64,000 nt of DNA, taken from Armatimonadota bacterium. GTDB taxonomy: Bacteria > Armatimonadota > SYMT01. This document shows positions 63,898 to 64,000 of the stretch, in pieces (position 1 is the first letter of the stretch; each line of letters begins with the position of its first letter). The notes under the pieces were generated by a model. The model was not told the DNA's origin, did no database searches, and worked only from the letters and a program-made list of their open reading frames with translations. The DNA lies in NCBI GenBank assembly GCA_041690135.1, contig JAWLHY010000017.1, forward strand, positions 115,587 through 179,586, read 5' to 3'. The translations under genes and the position numbers were made by a program.

Positions 63898-64000
63898 TTA
63901 CGGCAGTTCGTGGCCGTCGGTGCTCTTGGAGCAGGACGGAGCGGTGCCGAGGCCGGCGATGGTGTAGGTGCCGCTGCTGGGGCACTCGGGCGTGCTCTTG
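63898..64000 (-). CDS. C-terminus of a probable type IV pilin-like protein (5' end outside window; not in the ORF track)
   Basis: Minus-strand translation KSTPECPSSGTYTIAGLGTAPSCSKSTDGHELP-stop; the CP.xGTY...P.CS...H disulfide loop is typical of short prepilin-type proteins. Confidence 0.6.
   Translation of the reverse strand, partial: KSTPECPSSGTYTIAGLGTAPSCSKSTDGHELP

Overview
GC-rich bacterial chromosomal window with about 45 CDS and no rRNA, tRNA, CRISPR array or recognisable transposase/integrase. Two SLH-domain outer-membrane porins, three DUF1501 genes, a PSCyt1/DUF1549/DUF1553 gene and a CPxxGTY-type pilin suggest a diderm Terrabacteria-type organism such as Armatimonadota (inference only). 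Content from left to right: ligA; sugar, amide and sulfate-ester catabolic and exported enzymes (many with Tat signals); a GtrB plus GT-C glycosylation pair; a PadR-linked RND efflux system with a very long adaptor; an anion/phosphate island (SLH-OprP-like porin, carbonic anhydrase-SulP, pstSCAB, arsR-acr3); and a cytochrome locus. Best candidates for new biology: (1) 53.8-64 kb: an outer-membrane beta-barrel plus mono-heme, ~5-heme and ~10-heme LVIVD-propeller cytochromes, the largest ending in a VPD-TM-RR sorting-like tail, bracketed by a GspE/PilB ATPase and a pilin; (2) a membrane-targeted His/Glu-rich leader ORF ending in RRGPP upstream of carbonic anhydrase-SulP; (3) an 11-bp-period TTAAG Pho-box-like motif at the porin, pstS, pstC and possibly arsR; (4) tandem TATCG-N5-CGATA operators on both sides of padR. 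All family calls come from reading motifs by eye; no database searches were run.
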